64,000 nucleotides of DNA, taken from contig NIVC01000049.1 in assembly GCA_002269645.1 (NCBI GenBank), positions 62,001-126,000 on the forward strand, in the 5' to 3' direction. How positions within the stretch are numbered: position 1 is the first letter of the stretch; the number at the start of each line of letters is the position of its first letter. The translations under genes and the position numbers were made by a program. Source of the stretch: Macrostomum lignano (taxonomy: Eukaryota). Positions 61,601-64,000 of the stretch are shown here, one piece after another. The notes under the pieces are model-generated. The model did no database searches, was not told the origin of the DNA, and saw nothing but the letters and a program-made list of their open reading frames with translations.

Positions 61601-61946
61601 GCTGGCCCAGCAACTGGGATCTGGGTGCTGGCCCAGCAACTGAGGATCTGGGGGGCTGGCCCAGCAACTGAGGATCTGGGAGGCTGGCCCAGCAACTGAG
61701 GATCTGGGAGGCTGGCCCAGCAACTGAGGATCTGGGGGCTGGCCAGCAACTGAGGATCTGGGAGGCTGGCCCAGCAACTGAGGATCTGGGAGGCTGGCCC
61801 AGCAACTGAGGATCTGGGAGGCTGGCCAGCAACTGAGGATGTGGGAGGCTGGCCCAGCAACTGAGGATCTGGAGGCTGGCCAGCAACTGAGGATCTGGGA
61901 GGCTGGCCCAGCAACTGAGGATCTGGGAGGCTGGCCCAGCAACTGA
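55665..61946. repeat. 28-bp satellite (CTGGGAGGCTGGCCCAGCAACTGAGGAT)n, locus 3, ~6.3 kb
   Basis: About 220 copies between the convergent nAChR and nicastrin 3' ends; variant units cluster in blocks. Confidence 0.98.
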
Positions 61947-62449
61947 GATTGGGACACATGATCACTGGAACAGGCAAGAGAATTTCCTCTTGAACTCTTG
62001 AATAACGAACGCAAAAGACACACGGCAAAGTTCTCTGCTGTCAGATTTAACTACAGTTGAGAATTCTATCTCGTGGCAACATGTGTAGAATCACACAAAC
62101 AGAACTCAGCAAGAGCAACCTGATTAAATAAATAGCAAAAAAGAAGCCACGGGAGTCCTCTGAATTGATTTGGAGTACCGAAATCGTTCAGTGTTAATCA
62201 TTTGTAAGAGGGAATCCGGGCTCGTTTGTGCCAGTAAAAGTGAAATAATTTATGCAAAATTGACAGAAAATAAATTTATCCAATGCCGCCTTAGTAACAA
62301 AATTTTACTTGCTGACTCACAGAAGCCAAGTTTAAATTAAACTAAACAAATTAAACAGCTTTTTAAAAGGAAAATTCTCACCTGCTGAATAATTAAAATG
62401 TCCAACAAAATCTCACTTTTAAAATCAATTTGGATTTTTCAAACAAGCT

Positions 62450-62825
62450 ACAAAATCTCACCCAGAGAACCTGAACCAACCATTTCTCAAAAAGCTTCAA
62501 AATCTCACCCGTGGACCCCATTAGGATTTCAACAAAGCTGCAAAATCTCATGTTAGATCCCATTAGGATTTCAAAAAAGCTACAAAATCACCCTTAGACC
62601 CATTAGGATTTTAAAAAAGCTACAAAATCTCACCCTTAGACCCAATTAGGATTTCAAAAAAGCTACAAAATCTCACATATAGACCCCATTAGGATTTCAA
62701 CAAAGCTACAAAATCTCACATGTAGACTCCAAAATCTCACCCTTAGACCCATTAGGATTTCAAAAAAGCTACAAAATCTCTCCGCAGACCCTATTAGAAT
62801 TGCAAAAAAGCTCCAAAATCTCACT
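62450..62825. repeat. Degenerate ~40-bp repeat (AAAAAGCTACAAAATCTCACCCTTAGACCCATTAGGATTTC) just downstream of the nicastrin stop
   Basis: About 9 diverged copies. Confidence 0.85.
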
Positions 62826-62880
62826 GAAGAACAAAGCATGATTAAAAAGCTACTCAAACTGCCTGTTCAACAACAAGAGT

Positions 62881-64000
62881 TCACGGCGCCACAGACACGG
62901 GAAAGTTGGCCTCCAGGCCGTGCTTGGCGCCCAGCACGAACTGCAGTGACAGCAGCAGAACTGCCACACCGAACAGCAGATGCGCCGCGCCCCAAGACCT
63001 GGTGGGCCGCATAAACAAACGCACAGTTGGCGTCTCCCATTGACTCTCCGTCCAGGTGGAGAAGTCGCCCGAACCGCTCCAGGCGTTATAATCCGAGCTG
63101 TCAATCGGGGACACGGCGGGCAGGGCAGTCAGGGACAAGCGCAGACAGACTCCGCTGACATTGTTAGACGCGCCGCTGACAGATGTCAGATCGTAGAACA
63201 CTGGCAGGCCAGCGCTAACGGTATCGTTGGCTGTATTCAATGCCAAACAGTCGCTCCGCTTAGTTACACCTGGCACAATATCGCCTGTAGCATTGGACAG
63301 CAACAGGTAGGTCAAATATCTCAGGTGGTTGCCACCCTGATTAGGCAGGAATCTGCTCTGATATTCGTACACATAGGCGCCAATTAAACCGTTAATACTA
63401 TTAGTAGCAGCGTAGACTTTATCTAGCCAACTTTTTGTCACATTAGCCCCGGATATCGCGTGCTGACAGGTGGCGTCGCCTTGGAGACAATCAACGTAGG
63501 CTTTCAACAGATTGTCGTCCACCTTTGCTGCTGACGAATTAGTGAGAAACTGTGACGCCAGAGTAGCAATGCGATCCGCTAAGATGGCCAAGTTTTGCAC
63601 AACACCAGAGGGCGTCGGGCGCAGATCGGCAAACGAGTTATAATTCCGATTGCGAAATCCTTGATCCCGTTTGTGATCGGTGAGGAGCAGGGCGGGCACC
63701 GGCTGCAGCGGAGCTGACTCCTTCGAACCTGGCGGCCTTAGAAAAGTCTGAGTCGAGGCTGGCGGCAGTTTTCTATCGCTAATCAAAGCGTCAGATTTCA
63801 AGCCGAGAGATTTCACATGCGAGTCAACTGTAGAGTTGACAACTCTATAAACTGACGGATCAGTGTACGCGGCCAGCTGGTCCATGGATTCTAAATTCGA
63901 CAGCTCGCCCAGTTCAATAATCGAATGCACGTGACTGGCATTGATTCTAGCCGGTTGACCCGATTCGCCTAGCAACTGGTTGCCATGGAGATCGTGTACT
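62881..64000 (-). CDS. NCSTN: Nicastrin (gamma-secretase subunit), terminal exon, 5' part outside window
   Basis: VHSIIELGEL, LPPASTQTFLR..LLLTDH..FRNRNYNSFAD, FSTWTESQW..RLFM, then a TM (AAHLLFGVAVLLLSLQFVL) and short tail. The frame stays open to the window edge. Confidence 0.9.
   Translation of the reverse strand, partial: VHDLHGNQLLGESGQPARINASHVHSIIELGELSNLESMDQLAAYTDPSVYRVVNSTVDSHVKSLGLKSDALISDRKLPPASTQTFLRPPGSKESAPLQPVPALLLTDHKRDQGFRNRNYNSFADLRPTPSGVVQNLAILADRIATLASQFLTNSSAAKVDDNLLKAYVDCLQGDATCQHAISGANVTKSWLDKVYAATNSINGLIGAYVYEYQSRFLPNQGGNHLRYLTYLLLSNATGDIVPGVTKRSDCLALNTANDTVSAGLPVFYDLTSVSGASNNVSGVCLRLSLTALPAVSPIDSSDYNAWSGSGDFSTWTESQWETPTVRLFMRPTRSWGAAHLLFGVAVLLLSLQFVLGAKHGLEANFPVSVAP

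Noticed and set aside
55665-61946. CRISPR-like appearance of the 28-37-bp repeats (also 2170-4000, 15420-15866, 42240-44098)
   Set aside because: Units are head-to-tail with no unique spacers, there are no cas genes, and the context is eukaryotic.
55665-62028. Very long minus-strand ORFs (up to 1658 aa, LLGQPPRSSVAGPASQILSCWASLPDPQ repeats)
   Set aside because: A stop-free 28-bp unit cycles through all three frames; frequent frameshifting indels, and the same unit occurs at two other non-genic loci.

Overview
This is animal nuclear DNA with spliceosomal GT-AG introns and the standard genetic code. GC-rich exons, extreme minisatellite density and small DNA transposons suggest a flatworm such as Macrostomum; that is an inference from genome style, not a database match. 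Seven protein-coding genes can be assembled by hand. On the + strand: SAM synthetase (3' part), NUS1/NgBR, adenosine kinase, an intronless GH47 alpha-1,2-mannosidase and a nicotinic acetylcholine receptor alpha subunit (11 exons). On the - strand: a divergent MYO19-like myosin and nicastrin (3' part). Most large introns and intergenic gaps carry their own tandem repeat. One 28-bp unit occurs at three loci, including a ~6.3 kb array. Several hAT-like MITEs have 8-bp target-site duplications, and two share termini with a foldback element. Most long ORFs in the supplied track are artefacts of stop-free repeat units. No tRNA, rRNA or CRISPR array is supported.
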